NCBI GenBank assembly: GCA_027604505.1
Contig: JADIIX010000004.1
Span: forward strand, 310,001 to 340,028
Source of the DNA: Gonapodya sp. JEL0774
Lineage: Eukaryota
DNA length: 30,028 nt
Reading direction: 5' to 3'
Positions 1 to 15,700 of this stretch are shown here, in pieces (position 1 is the first letter of the stretch; each line of letters opens with the position of its first letter). The translations under genes were made by a program, and so were the position numbers. The notes beneath the pieces were generated by a model. It was not told the DNA's origin, did no database searches, and worked only from the letters and a program-made list of their open reading frames with translations.

Positions 1-324
1 GAGGTTTGCAGCTTGTTCATCGTTCCAAATATCATCGGGATTTTGTTTTCCTGGGGATTGAAGTGAATTTGATGTCTGTGAAAGGCGAATGGAGTGCGAC
101 GGTCCCCGGTTTAGAGTTGATAGCGGAGACGATGAAGACGGATTTGACGGATTTATCACTGAAAATTGCCGCTGAGATGGACCGATTGCAGGCAACGGTG
201 GAAGCCCTAATGGTCGCGGAGTTGTTCCCGCACCATGTATCATTTCAGATGAGACGCGATGAGTGTTTCGTGATTTGTAGCCTTTAGCGAGCCCCCAGTC
301 AAAATACTCTCGATCATCTATATT
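1..324 (-). CDS. Possible partial gene (Ser/Pro-rich exon) running off the left edge, divergent from EF-G
   Basis: The minus-strand frame is open from 357 to the window edge (...MIHGAGTTPRPLGLPPLPAIGPSQRQFSVINPSNPSSSSPLSTLNRGPSHSIRLSQTSNSLQSPGKQNPDDIWNDEQAANL). There is an in-frame ATG at 243 and a possible CAG acceptor near 325. No recognisable domain. Confidence 0.35.
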
Positions 325-625
325 CTGACTCCAACCAAGATATACAAAACAAGAGTCTTATCCGAACATGTCCGTTTTTCTGCCAACACTCTGGCGGAGG
401 AACTAGTTGCTCTCCAAAATCTTGCCGGCCAAATGATGTACTTCGTTCTTTATTCAGAACTCCTCGAATTGACAAGACGCGTAGTGCGAGCGTGATGTTC
501 TCGATTGATTTGCAATTTTATTTCTTGTCCTTGTTCTATGCAACGTCACACTTTCTCTTCAGAACATCTTCACTACCTTGACCTTGTAAACCAATAAATC
601 GGCAGCACCGAATCCCTCCCCCGCA

Positions 626-4405
<3,780 letters not shown>

Positions 4406-4477
4406 ACATGAAAATCACATGAAATCTAATTTGCATGGGTATTTGGCTATACACATATAAACATTCTCTGTGTTGCA

Positions 4478-7014
4478 CTAAGCTTGGCCAAGTTGTGCTA
4501 ATTGGCTCAAAAATTGTGTCGCAGTGAGAAGCTCGGTGGAACCGTAAGTAATTCGCTTCTTTTGCGTCTGCCGCTGAGCACATTGTAAGAATCAGGAGAT
4601 TGGCAGAGGAGTAGTCGCGCTCACGATCGTTCGACTCACTTGAGCAAATTCTTGCAGATTTTGATACTCAAGATAGTTTCCACCACCAACGACGAACACA
4701 ACTGCATCTTGAAAGACGGTCCTAGCTCTGTTTCCTTTTCCGATTTGTTCCCCTCTTGTACGGCCAATTTTCGGATCGAAGTACAAATAGTCCTCCAAAT
4801 CTGCCCCGGAACTGTCCATTAGAGTGTCAGTTATTCGCGTGATAGGGAGGTCCTTCCTCGTGGGAAGCAGATTCTTCACATTGGAAATGATAGTGTCATA
4901 CGCGCCACCGAAGTTACTAATGAGTGTGCCCTCCTTTAGATGGTCGGTCAACTATAGGGTTGAGTTTAGAAACGACAAACTCTAACGGGGAATGATCGAG
5001 ACCAGCAATAGGTACCTTGCTCCCCATACCGGTTAATTTTCCCAAAAAGTCACCCGGGGTTGAAGATGAAACTACTGCTGGGGTGACAGAAGCGGCTGTC
5101 ATCCGTCCGAATGCCTTCATTCGGTGGACATACTTGAGCGGCATCATGTCGCATCCAGCGGCCTCAAGGGCGCTCTCGAGTTCGGCAACATCTTCTGAGC
5201 CAATTCCTTCTGTAGAAAGATACCAAATCAAAAAAAAGCGCATCTTGTCGTCGGCAGAGCCCTTGGATTTAATGGCGTCCAGTATAGAAGCTTTGGACTG
5301 TTTTGCGATGGATTCCTCCTCAGCGAAAAAGTAGTCCAAATTCCTCTCCTTGATTGAATTGAGCAAAGAAGTGGCAATGTTCATGTGCATATCAATAGTT
5401 CGTTTGCGCTCCGTGAGTTCAGGTAGTTGATTGATTGCCGTTTTCAGCACTTTCGCGTTTGCTGAAAAGTCACTGAGAGAAGGGCCACAACTTATTCGTT
5501 CACGAGTTGACCTTACCATACTATACCATCTGTAGAAAACTCACTTGGGGTCGATTTGATCCAAAGAGGTGACCCCTGCTGACTTGGTGACCTCATCGAC
5601 ATCTTTCTTGTACTTGTTAATCTCAGAATCAACATCCTCTGATAGTTTAATTGATTCTTCAGCTCAACTGCAAGCTGTAAGTATGCAACATGGCAACCTA
5701 TACGTACCTGCAACTTGTGGAAAAGGAGTTCCAGCATTTCGACTCCAGAAGAAGTCGGTAACATCAACATCATAAACTTTCTTCATCCGCTGGCCTCCCT
5801 TTTCCTCCAGTGTGACTGTCACCCTGTTAAGCTTCATGTCCAGAACATCGTGGACGAGGGGGGCGTAAGTCCACGTGTGAGAGAGCATGGGTACGAGGTC
5901 TGTATTTCGATCCAGAATGATGAAAACTGAGGGCCGTACATCACTAATCAAGACACTACAAACAAAGTCGATACGACTATCACTCACGAGGTCTCGAATA
6001 GCTTGCATGCCCGATGCCCTGATCGGTGAACAAGTTGTTTCTGCTGTTCGATAAATGATCACGCAGGCGCGAATCCAACTTTTGCGCTACCATCTCGGCA
6101 GCGTTCCCTCTTGCCGCTCGAATGACGGGGATGCTGCCTAATAAATATACGGAAAATATCCCACGCTCACGAAAAGACGCGCCATGGCGGACGGCTCATC
6201 GCACTCACCCAGTGTTGCTGCGACGGAAAACAAGCTTCCCGCAACTTTGTCAACGGTTTGTGATATGCTATGTTCGGACTCCGCTGGGTTATTGAGACTG
6301 TAATACGATTGGTTCATATTTAGAGAGAAGAGATTGGCTTCCAAACAAACAAAATTGAGGTACTGGTCGTAAACCTTTGCAGTACAAAGGGGAGCCCAAC
6401 ACCGAGTTAACAAAAGGACCAACAGGGAGAGCAATACGTCGAACAGACTTACCTGTGCAATCAGTCGGCTGGTGCCATGTGTGATCGTCTCGGCCGCTAG
6501 CTCCTCGAGCAAAGGTCGAGAGACAGCTGAAATAAAATTCAGGTAGTAGGACTCGTACAGATGCTTCGAAAGGTCCTCGGAAATCCGCTTAATGTTCTGG
6601 GAGGACGGTTCGACGAAGTATATTGCAGGAACGTCAGGAATGGATTGACGGTCTGAGTTAAGGGACCTTCATCAACAAAAACAGTGGGAAATCAATCCAT
6701 TTATTGAAGGCCACCCCGAGTGAGGGTTGCGTGTGATTGTTCAACTCACATGTGTACTGTGATGCCCTGCTCCCGAAGCTGGTTAACTTTGAGCAAGGGA
6801 GAAATGGCATCCTGGCCCATCTGGTCGTACACAAGGACCTTCCATATGGGATCCGCCAGCGCGGGGACAGTACTATCTGTGTCCTTCACGTTGAGATTGA
6901 GCATCGCACCAATCGCCTCTGTTGTTCACTATTGTCAGGAATGCAGAAAGCGCTCTGGTTAAACTATGAAAACGAACCTATCTGACATTCTCGCAAAGGT
7001 TTGGAGTATGCCAT
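4478..7014 (-). CDS. SLY1: Sec1/Munc18 family protein Sly1 (ER-Golgi trafficking)
   Basis: Spliced N-terminus MAYSKPLRECQI/EAIGAMLNLN...PIWKVLVYD...ISPLLKVNQLREQGITVHM/SLNSDRQSIPDVPAIYFVEP. Further motifs: VYDQYLNFVCLE, IILDRNTDLVPMLSHTWTY, LPELTERKRTIDMHMNIAT, VFVVGGGNYLEYQNL. The last exon reads ITYGSTELL...GQA*. Confidence 0.95.
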
Positions 7015-7150
7015 TGATTCGCATAAGGAATACCTTGAATAGGTACTGATGCCAGCAGCTGCCATGAACAGCCGATTCCCAATACCCTCACAGTAATTTT
7101 GTATTGATTACAACAACAATCAAAACGTAGTTGCAAAGCAGTGTCACATA

Positions 7151-8630
7151 TCATCGACGGAATTTCTTGTTTGGTACATCCTGCGGATTCGCTCAAGATT
7201 AGCGATTGTAGTGAATCTCTCCTTACAACTAGAAACACACCTGGAATTTCTCAACAATTCCGAACTTTTCAATCCGCTTCCTCTTTTTCTCTTCTTCTTC
7301 CGCTGTGATAATAGGAGAGACTTTAAGCTCCTTGTCCCCAGAATGCATGGACTAAGTCCGGACCACCAACCTGACAGGAGACTTTTCTGGATAGCAGGAT
7401 TTATGGCACCAAATTTCTCCACGCGTTTTTTAAGAGTCTCCGGATCAACCTGAAAAAAAGTAACCCATCTTGGAAACGAGGTGGGACTGTGAATGCGGCA
7501 AGAGCAAGTTGCTCACTCCAATCTTCGAAGCAACTGTTACGGCAGCTACGAGTGCATCCTTAATTCATCAATATAATGATTCCTGGGGCAATCTGCTGGC
7601 ACTCACCGACAGGTGCAGGTTCTCCTACTCCAAACCTCAAAGCTCTTTGTCTCTTCTTTTCTTCGTCGAGGAGTTTGGCTGGAACCTCTAGACCAAATCG
7701 CTGTGCCCTCCACAATTTACGCTCCGTTTCGGTCATCTCGGACGGTGGTTTTGCAGGAGTCGCTCCGCTTGCTGTGGTAGCTTGAATCGAGGAGGCATGC
7801 TGGTCTGAAGAAGGCGATGCGATAGCAACAGGACTGGGCGCAGAAGTACCGTTTGTGGCAGGTGTTGTCGCTGCGACAGTGGGTAACTTAGTCGCAGCAG
7901 AAGGAGTGGTGGAGAGGGAAACCTTCGATGCACTTTCGGGTGGTTTGGTAGCACCATTGATCGTGGAGGAAGGGGCGGGGGTCACAATACTTGACGGAAG
8001 CGCAGTAGAATTTGAGTGTGCAGAGCTTGACGGCTTGCTGCTTGGTGGACCAGCAAAGGTTGTGGTGGCAGTTTGGGGAGGCCTCTTGGTTGCTGGTTGA
8101 GGTTGTGAAGAATCCTCTAATTCATGATCCCTACACCGTGAGTAAATGGCGGTGATTTCATGAGATCAGTGGTGCAAGGAAGGTCAATAGGACTTATGTA
8201 GTATGTGAAGCAAGCCCATGTCACGACATTGAAGCAGGCAACCCCGCCCCCGGACGAAATGTCCTGACCAGCGGCACCTTCCCAGTCCCGTACTCCAACA
8301 ATTATACCATTACTGAACGCGAAAATTAGGAAGTGCTGCCAAAGGAAGCACTGATTCTGTCTGGAATCCTGGCTCGCTGTGGGGCAACGTACAATCAACA
8401 GCATGGCTGAAGTTCCTTACTCACGCATCATGTCCCGTGCCCGCCCAGTCACCATGATCATCCACAAACACGGGTTCCGCTCCAGTTGTGCCCAACAGAG
8501 CGTTCTCTTCCTGTACTGCTTCAACAAGCCTCTGGACTAGCTCGTCCTTCTTTCCCTGTGTCGACAAGCCCCGCATTTGGAGTTGTTCTTTAAGCTGGTC
8601 TACCTTCATCTTCTTATAAGTGTCTGCCAT
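7151..8630 (-). CDS. THO1: SAP-domain mRNA export factor, Tho1/SARNP(CIP29)/MOS11 family
   Basis: N-terminal SAP domain YKKMKVDQLKEQLQMRGLSTQGKKDELVQRL, then a Pro/Ser/Thr/Ala linker. Four R-x-x-[RK]-FG repeats follow (RAQRFG, RALRFG, RVEKFG, RIEKFG), typical of the Tho1/MOS11 C-terminus. The inferred last exon is DVPNKKFRR*. Confidence 0.88.
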
Positions 8631-8776
8631 CGTTTTGTGAGCTTTTTGGTGAGCGGAATGGAAGCGCGCAGCGGGACCTATCTCATACAAACTGTTGTGT
8701 GCATGCCACCTTCATTGTATGTGAGGACCGAGCGGGTGGATGACTTTACTGCGCTCTTATTCGCTCTGTCGACAGA
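8631..8776. promoter_or_regulatory. Short bidirectional promoter region between THO1 and SmF
   Basis: Head-to-head start codons at 8630 (-) and 8777 (+) are separated by 146 nt. Confidence 0.6.
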
Positions 8777-9536
8777 ATGGCGGTAGGCTCACAAGATTGG
8801 ACCTTCGATTTTTCTCCCTTCTTATCTTTTACTCCGTCGACTCCCCTCTACTTCTGTCCCCTGCTTCCCTAACTAACCATAATGAAGGCTGAACTGAGAA
8901 ATCCGAAGCCCTTTCTCATGGACCTTACCGGGCAACCCGTCATTGTTAAGCTCAAATGGGGGATGGAGTACAAGGGGATCCTCACCGCTGTAGATGGGTA
9001 CATGAATCTTTTGGTGAGTCCTTATCATTAGTTGCACATTCAGGAAGAAAGGTCTACATCCGAAAATGGGTATCCAGGAGTGAATTGGTGCTTATTGAAT
9101 TGGATGGAGCTCTTGCGAGTTGGAGACTGGTCATATTCGGAAGAAGCGAGGGTCAAGACACCGTGTGGGGCAGTTGGTGAGAAAACTCTCTGTAATGTCT
9201 TCTGCATAACTTGGCTTGGAGGGCTGTCCTAGAGGCACTACTGTCACGGTGCTACAAAATTGGTTGAAGAGGTCCCTATTTGGTCTCACACAACTCTTGC
9301 GAACAACTCATTTTGACCCACTAACTTATGCTGGTCTTTTAGCTGTCCGACACGGAGGAGTTTATCGACGGAAACTCTACTGGAATTCTCAAAGAGATTC
9401 TCATTCGGTGTAACAATGTCCTTTACATGAGGGTATGTGTGCCGAAATCTGTCATCTTTTCACGTCGACTGGCCGTCTCTAATGACTGACCATTGACAAT
9501 TCCATTACTGTAATAAAGGAGGTGAAGAGCACATGA
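8777..9536 (+). CDS. SMX3: Small nuclear ribonucleoprotein F (Sm-F)
   Basis: Exons 8777-8782, 8888-9013, 9343-9432 and 9519-9536; an alternative in-frame ATG lies at 8882. Protein: [83 protein letters not shown] and IRCNNVLY are SmF hallmarks. Confidence 0.95.
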
Positions 9537-10079
9537 GCTTCGTGGAAAAATGATCTTACATTTATGTACAGAATATAGATTGAACGTGTCAGTCAATGTT
9601 CCTGGGTGACCCCTTCCCATACTTCCAAACATCGTCTTCTAACTTCAAGTGTGCTCTTAGTGCTTGTTCCACCTCTAGCAACATTGCTGTGTTGAACAGG
9701 TAGGGAATGAATTATTCGAGCATGCAGCTTTACCAAAATTGTGCTCACTTTTTTTGATATGAACTTCATTCATAATGCGAAACGTGAGTGGTTTTGGTGG
9801 GGATATGGGGTCTCTTTCTTCATGAATGAATTGGGCGTGAGGTAAGCATCAGTCAGAACATGCAGCGATGTCAACACCCACGATTAATTGATCGAGAGAT
9901 GCCGAATGCCAAATCTGGCCAAGTAGCGAGACGGCTCTGTGGTTGATGCACCCGCTGCGTCATGGAGACGAATTTGAATTCGTTCTGGAAGGCGAAAAGG
10001 GGGGCGGTGGCTCCAGCCGGCACCGGCAGACATGTGCAGTAGTACCAAGATCCGATCAACTCAATTTCTTACTAACTCT

Positions 10080-12482
10080 ATGTCATCCTCGGCAGATAAA
10101 CTCAGCAGCCCGGATTCGGATCCATCCCAAGATGCCATCGTGAGCTCTATAACTTCCATTGGTCTTTCCTCTCCATGTTCCTTTCGTTTCCTCGCTCATA
10201 CGAACAAATTCACACCAGAGAACAGCCGCAGCCTTCATAGAGCATGCGCTCAGTGAGAAGCTGCCCTCAGAGAGTTTGCACACTTCTCTCAAGAGTGGGA
10301 CAATACTTTGTCGGTGAGAGTTCTTTGTGGTGTCATCTGTTGAAGCACTCTCCATGCATTCTATCTCGAAGGCTGGCGAACAAGCTGCAACCCAACATAA
10401 TACCCAAAATTAGCACGAGACCACTGCCTTTTCTTCAAGTTCGTCTCTCTGACTGATGCCTCCATATTTGGACAGAGAGCTGTTCTGATTTCTGACGTTG
10501 ATACAGATGGAGAACACTGCAAATTTCCTTCTAGCTGCGAAACAGCTCGGGCTCGATGAATCCGTGCTTTTCCACACCAGTGATCTTTATGAGGGAAAGA
10601 ATATGGTCAAGGTGAGTTAAATTTTGAGCCGTGACTCGCCCAGGACCCCCTGAGCATCAAATCTTTCAGGTAGTTGCCGTCATTATTCTCCTCGCCCATG
10701 ACATTGCCCACTATTCCGTGCCGGAATCTGTTCTTGTATTTGCCCGATCCAATCCATCAGACCTGCCCCCTCTTCCAGCGTTCGCACCCTCCCCAAGACA
10801 AACCACAGGCACAATCTCTTCGTGGATTGGTACTGATCGTCGAATGAACAACATGTCGCAAACTTCCAAGCTAAGCAAGCCACAGACTATTGTTCGACCG
10901 CCTATTCCACAGTTCGCATCAACTACAGTCCAGAAACGGATGTCTCCTGGAGGCACTCATCCTGGGAGAGTTGGCGATAATGCACCCAATTCTTCGGATT
11001 TGATGTTGGTGGTGGATGTTGCCAGTGCCACCGGAGTGGTTGGTTATGCTCCAAAACCCCCGGCAAATGAAACTGTAGAAGGAAACCGGAGTGCGGATAG
11101 CCTGTCCAAGCCCGGTGGTGACAAAATACAGCTCATGGACGAAGCAAAGAACATCTCTGAGTATCAGCTCGGCAATTGCATAGGTAAAGGGCAATTTGGA
11201 TCTGTCCACAAGTGAGGAATCAAGCAATGGTCGACCAAGTTCACTGCATGTTAAACGTTGATTTTGAATTATGTTGGCAGAGCTTTAAATCTAGACAGTG
11301 GCGAAGTAGTCGCGATAAAGCGGATTCAAGTGGATGAGTCCAGGCGCGAAGACGTTGACTCACTGATGGTGAGGACCAGGCCGGTGGTTCGCTGGTAATC
11401 CTCACAAACTCTTGACAAGAGTCTCCTCGAAGGACGAAGTTGAACTTCTGAAATCGCTTTCACATCCCAACATTGTCCGATATTATGGATTTCTCCGGCA
11501 ACCGGAGGTTTTGAATATCGTCCTCGAGTGAGAGTTGATTTAAGCGAGACAAAATCTCACCATCGCTCTCAATACTGCCAACAATTGCAGATTCGTAGAG
11601 AACGGTTCGCTTCAAAACACATTGAAATCTTTTGGGAACTTTCCTGAGAGACTGGTAGCTACTTACTGCTCACATATTCTTCGCGGTCTCCAGTATCTCC
11701 ACTCCCGTGGGGTCGTCCACTGCGATCTAAAGGCAGCCAATGTTCTGACTACCAAAAGTGGTGACGTTAAGCTTTCAGATTTTGGCGTGAGCAAGCAGCT
11801 GACTACCAAGGATGTGGCGACAGAAGCGGTCGTAGGGACACCGAATTGGAGTGAGTTCAGAATGAGAGAATCAAAGATCTACCGCGTTGACCTAGTGCAT
11901 TTTCTTCTTTCCAGTGGCCCCGGAGGTAATTGCAATGAGTGGTCTCTGTTACGCCTCGGACATTTGGAGCTTGGGGTGTACCGTGGTGGAACTAGTTACA
12001 GGGAAGCCACCCTACGCTGATCTCATCAACATGTCGGCTTTATTTAGGATCGTTGAGGGTGAGTTGTCCATTTTAATATTTCAGATTTTCGCGAGTTCTC
12101 AAACTATACACGATCAGACGATTGCCCCCCTCTACCTCCCAACATATCACCAGAACTTGAGAACTTTCTGAGGTTATGTTTTCGAAAGGAGCCAGAGCAA
12201 CGATCCAATGCCACCGAACTCCTCGATCATCCATGGATCACGAAGCATTCCCGAATGTCACCTCTTTCACCATCCCCTGGGATCACTCCACTCCACGGAG
12301 CTCCAGTTTCATCGGATTCAGTGAACCCTCAAATTTTGCCTTCCTTGATCTCTTCAGTGGAGTCAGCAGAAAACAAATTACCGCGATCTATTCCCACAAA
12401 TATCGAAAACCCAGAGGTCGCGAATGGCAGTTCAAAAAAGTCACGAAAGTCGCAAAAGAGGACAATCTGTAATGTCTTATAA
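10080..12482 (+). CDS. Ser/Thr kinase of Cdc15/Cdc7/SepH (STE group) type with an N-terminal calponin-homology domain
   Basis: Spliced CH domain: [95 protein letters not shown]. Kinase domain: [90 protein letters not shown]. The start (10080 or 10032) and the 3' end are uncertain. Confidence 0.9.
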
Positions 12483-12793
12483 TCTTGATTTATTGTGTAG
12501 TGTTTGAGGGCCCAAACCCACCTCATGCCACCAGTGCCATGAGAATGAGTCACTGAAGGAGTTTGTGCCGCCATCAACACATTAGTACATAAACCCAGTT
12601 CATATTCCCTGGACTGAGTAAACTCCTTCCGTGCCTCTGGATCGTCCTGGTAAGCGCCGTCAGCCTTCGTGAATCTCTTGCAACCTCAATCAACACCTTG
12701 TCAAAACGTGTCAACTGGGGATAAGCCAGAGACACCGGACTCTCCCGTTTTACAGTCATCCTAAATCGTGTCGCTTGAATCAATTCCTTGCTC

Positions 12794-15700
12794 ATGCCCG
12801 CGGGTGTAGAAGCTCGCAAATCTCCGCGTTCCGCTCCGGGCGCACCTTTCCATCCCAACCAGTTCGCTCCTGGCTACTCGCAGTCCTCCCCGCTTCCCAT
12901 ACCACCAGGACTCATGCACTTGGGCGCACAGAACTCTCTTCCTGGAGCACCACAGCACCAACCAACTTGCCAACCCGCCTTCACAAAACGAAAAGTGGTG
13001 AGCGGTTCATCAATCGGGGGGACGAGCAAGGATCCTGAAATGAGTAGTTTTTATTCGGGCCAGCACGAGAATATGGCCGCAACGGTATTCTGGAGAGGTG
13101 GCATGAGCTCCGATGGCTTTTCGACGAGGGCCGCGGACATGAACTCGCAATTATACCGTCGCAATCAAGATGGTCTCAATTCAAATGAGAATGACAAAGC
13201 GTTCCTGGAACCCGGTGGTGATCGAATTGGCAGATGGGTTCGAAACGAAGTTGGCACGAATTATCATGACTCCGTAAACCCCATGCGCGGTGGCGAGAAT
13301 TGGTGTCGTACGAATAGGGAAACTGCAGTGATAAACACAGGTCTAAACGGAAGAACTGATGGAATGAACTGGAACGGGGCATTTTGCACCCCTCCGCGAC
13401 CCATGGGTCAGTTCCACCAAGTCCACATGCACGCTGCTTCATCCAGCAACTCTCTCGAATCCAATCCCTATGGTTGTGTGGGCAAACCTGTGCTGGACGA
13501 CTTCGCCCGCCAGAGCTCAGATTTTTATCCGGCGGAACAAGTTCCTATCCTCCAGTATGCCACAGCATCTCAGGCTTTATCCTCTCGCGAAATTCATTCG
13601 GCACCGATCAGCAATATTCTCTCTAAACGTGGAGCGTTACAGCAATCTCTACAATTGGACATGTCATACAGTCAGGCCATACAGAACGTTAGTGAGACCC
13701 AAGCGGCCTATCTTCTTAGCAGAGATGCCGGCGTCATGATGGACGGCAGGGTTCTCGTCTCGGTCGGAGTTGGCTCCGAATCCCTCGTCGCAATGTCACC
13801 AGCGGCTCCGACACAATGGACAGACAAACCCGTGTCAACTGATTATCTCCGGGCAGAAGTTGTCCAGTCTATCAATCCATGTGGTCCCCACCACCCTCCA
13901 AACAATCTCCGACCTGCACGAGCAGCAGATATTTTCGGAGAAGATTGGACGCCTTTGGGTGCCGCAATTCGCAACATCGCATCCGGAAGGGAGGAGTATC
14001 GCCACTCATTTGATTCACGTGAAAGCAATTTAAGTTTGGTGACTGCAGGTTGGAACAACTGGGAACCGAAAGTGGAGGTCAAACACTCGACAACAGAACC
14101 CGCAAAGGCTGATCAAGCTGCTTTGTCCGTAGAGGAGGCGCCCAATGAGAGTTCCGGCAGTACAATTACGGAACCTTGCTCCTTTGTAGAGCCAGTTCCC
14201 TCAGATGTTGCAATTGTTGACGACAACATTCGGTCATTCGACTTTCCCAGCCTGCCTCAGACTCGTTGCACATCACCCACCAGATCTGTCAACAGCAGGG
14301 AAGGATCGAGATCTGATACTCCATTTGGATGGAATTCGCAAGACCTTTCATTAGTAACTGTCGGACAGATGGGTACTCATGAACTGCCGCCGGCGGGACA
14401 TGAACGCAGTAATGAAGATACCCATAAGTCCAGTGCTGTTACTTTGACAGATCCTTCTCCGCCTCAACTTTCATGGGCACAAATGGCGATGAGACCTCCC
14501 CAGCCAGTTGATCCAATACTCAGGCATCGCCAACAAAGAGGGACCAAAGGAAGGACCAAAGATGAACAGCGGATGGAGGTGGTGAGAACAAGAACAACAA
14601 GCATTCATGCAGCTGCAGACGATGAGGTATGCATGCAAATGTATGGTGTTGGTATCTGTGGATCAATGAAAAGCAAAAAGCCATACGAAGGCACTTACAT
14701 CAGGGCATGATAGTTTGGGGATGATTTCATTTTTTTCCGTCACACCGTCTCATTACATTCATCATATTCTGCTTGTGACAAGGCCTCAGATTCTTCTCCG
14801 GACTTCCCCGACTCGCTCACGCTCGCGGTCAGTTCGCCTTCGATAACCGTTTACAATGCCACATCAGCCGGTGGTCGTCCAATCAGCCTGCATTCACGGA
14901 ATGTCCTGATGTTGACAAATGTCCCTCCCGATGTTGGACACATCGATCTCAAGGCACTTTTGCAACCGTTCGGGATCTTTCCACACCCCATACAACATTT
15001 TATAGTAGATAGAAGTCATTTCAGGACAGAGGGGGCGGGTGAGTTCTTCGAGGTCCTGCAGAAGGAGCTTATGGATGACATGTTGCTTTCTTCGGGTTTG
15101 ATCCTGCGGTTCACGCACTCCCTCCCTCCCTTTTGATCAACTGCGTCACCCATCCGAACATTTCCGAGCTCAGACCTTAGCCCACAAGCTCGAAACCTTC
15201 TCTCCCATCGCGAGGATCATCTCGGTGCACCTCTCCCAATTCGAGAAGTTTTCGTTGAGGTTCCTGATCGCAACTCGGCATCGCGCCTACTCGATGTCCC
15301 ACTGCAAGTTCGTGGATGGGACGTCCGTGCGGAAGAATCAAGTCAAACCGCCTTGGTCAAGGCGTTGTTTCCGAAAATGTCACGAGGGCTCCCGAGGAAA
15401 AGGGGCGGGAGGGATGGAAAAGATGAGGAGACATACACGTTCGTGGGAAAGGAGGAAATAGCAGCTCTGAATTTATGGTGCGCGAACCACAAAGTGGGTG
15501 ATGCTAGACCAGTATCCCAGTGACAGAGCTGAGTGAAAACATCAAGGAGTGATCCTGACATCTACTCCTCATAAAGGCATTTTTCCCACGCAACCCATCT
15601 ATTCCATTTGAGCAGGTGTGTTCGATCCTACATAAAGTACCGTGGGATCATGCAAATATGACAGGTGATTTGTTGGGTCTCTCGGCATCCGTTGCCAGAA

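Noticed and set aside
8255..8300. ACTGGGAAGG...GTCAGGA on the minus strand, resembling cobalamin riboswitch motifs
   Set aside because: The upstream conserved core is missing, and the segment is explained as the 3' arm of a long hairpin.
12511..12585. PKPTSCHQCHE as a C1/zinc-finger exon of the kinase
   Set aside because: It would need a GAG acceptor and an intron of about 40 nt, and the remaining Cys/His ligands are not evident.
12482..12794. Fusion of the kinase to the downstream 640-aa ORF
   Set aside because: I found no convincing in-phase splice path; the obvious one creates a stop. The downstream ORF has its own ATG and a possible 5' UTR intron.
15134..15136. In-frame TGA between two open stretches of the RRM-like gene (possible selenocysteine or readthrough)
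   Set aside because: It lies inside a plausible 135-nt GTGAGT...CAG intron (15039-15173) that keeps the frame. There is no redox motif and I recognised no SECIS.
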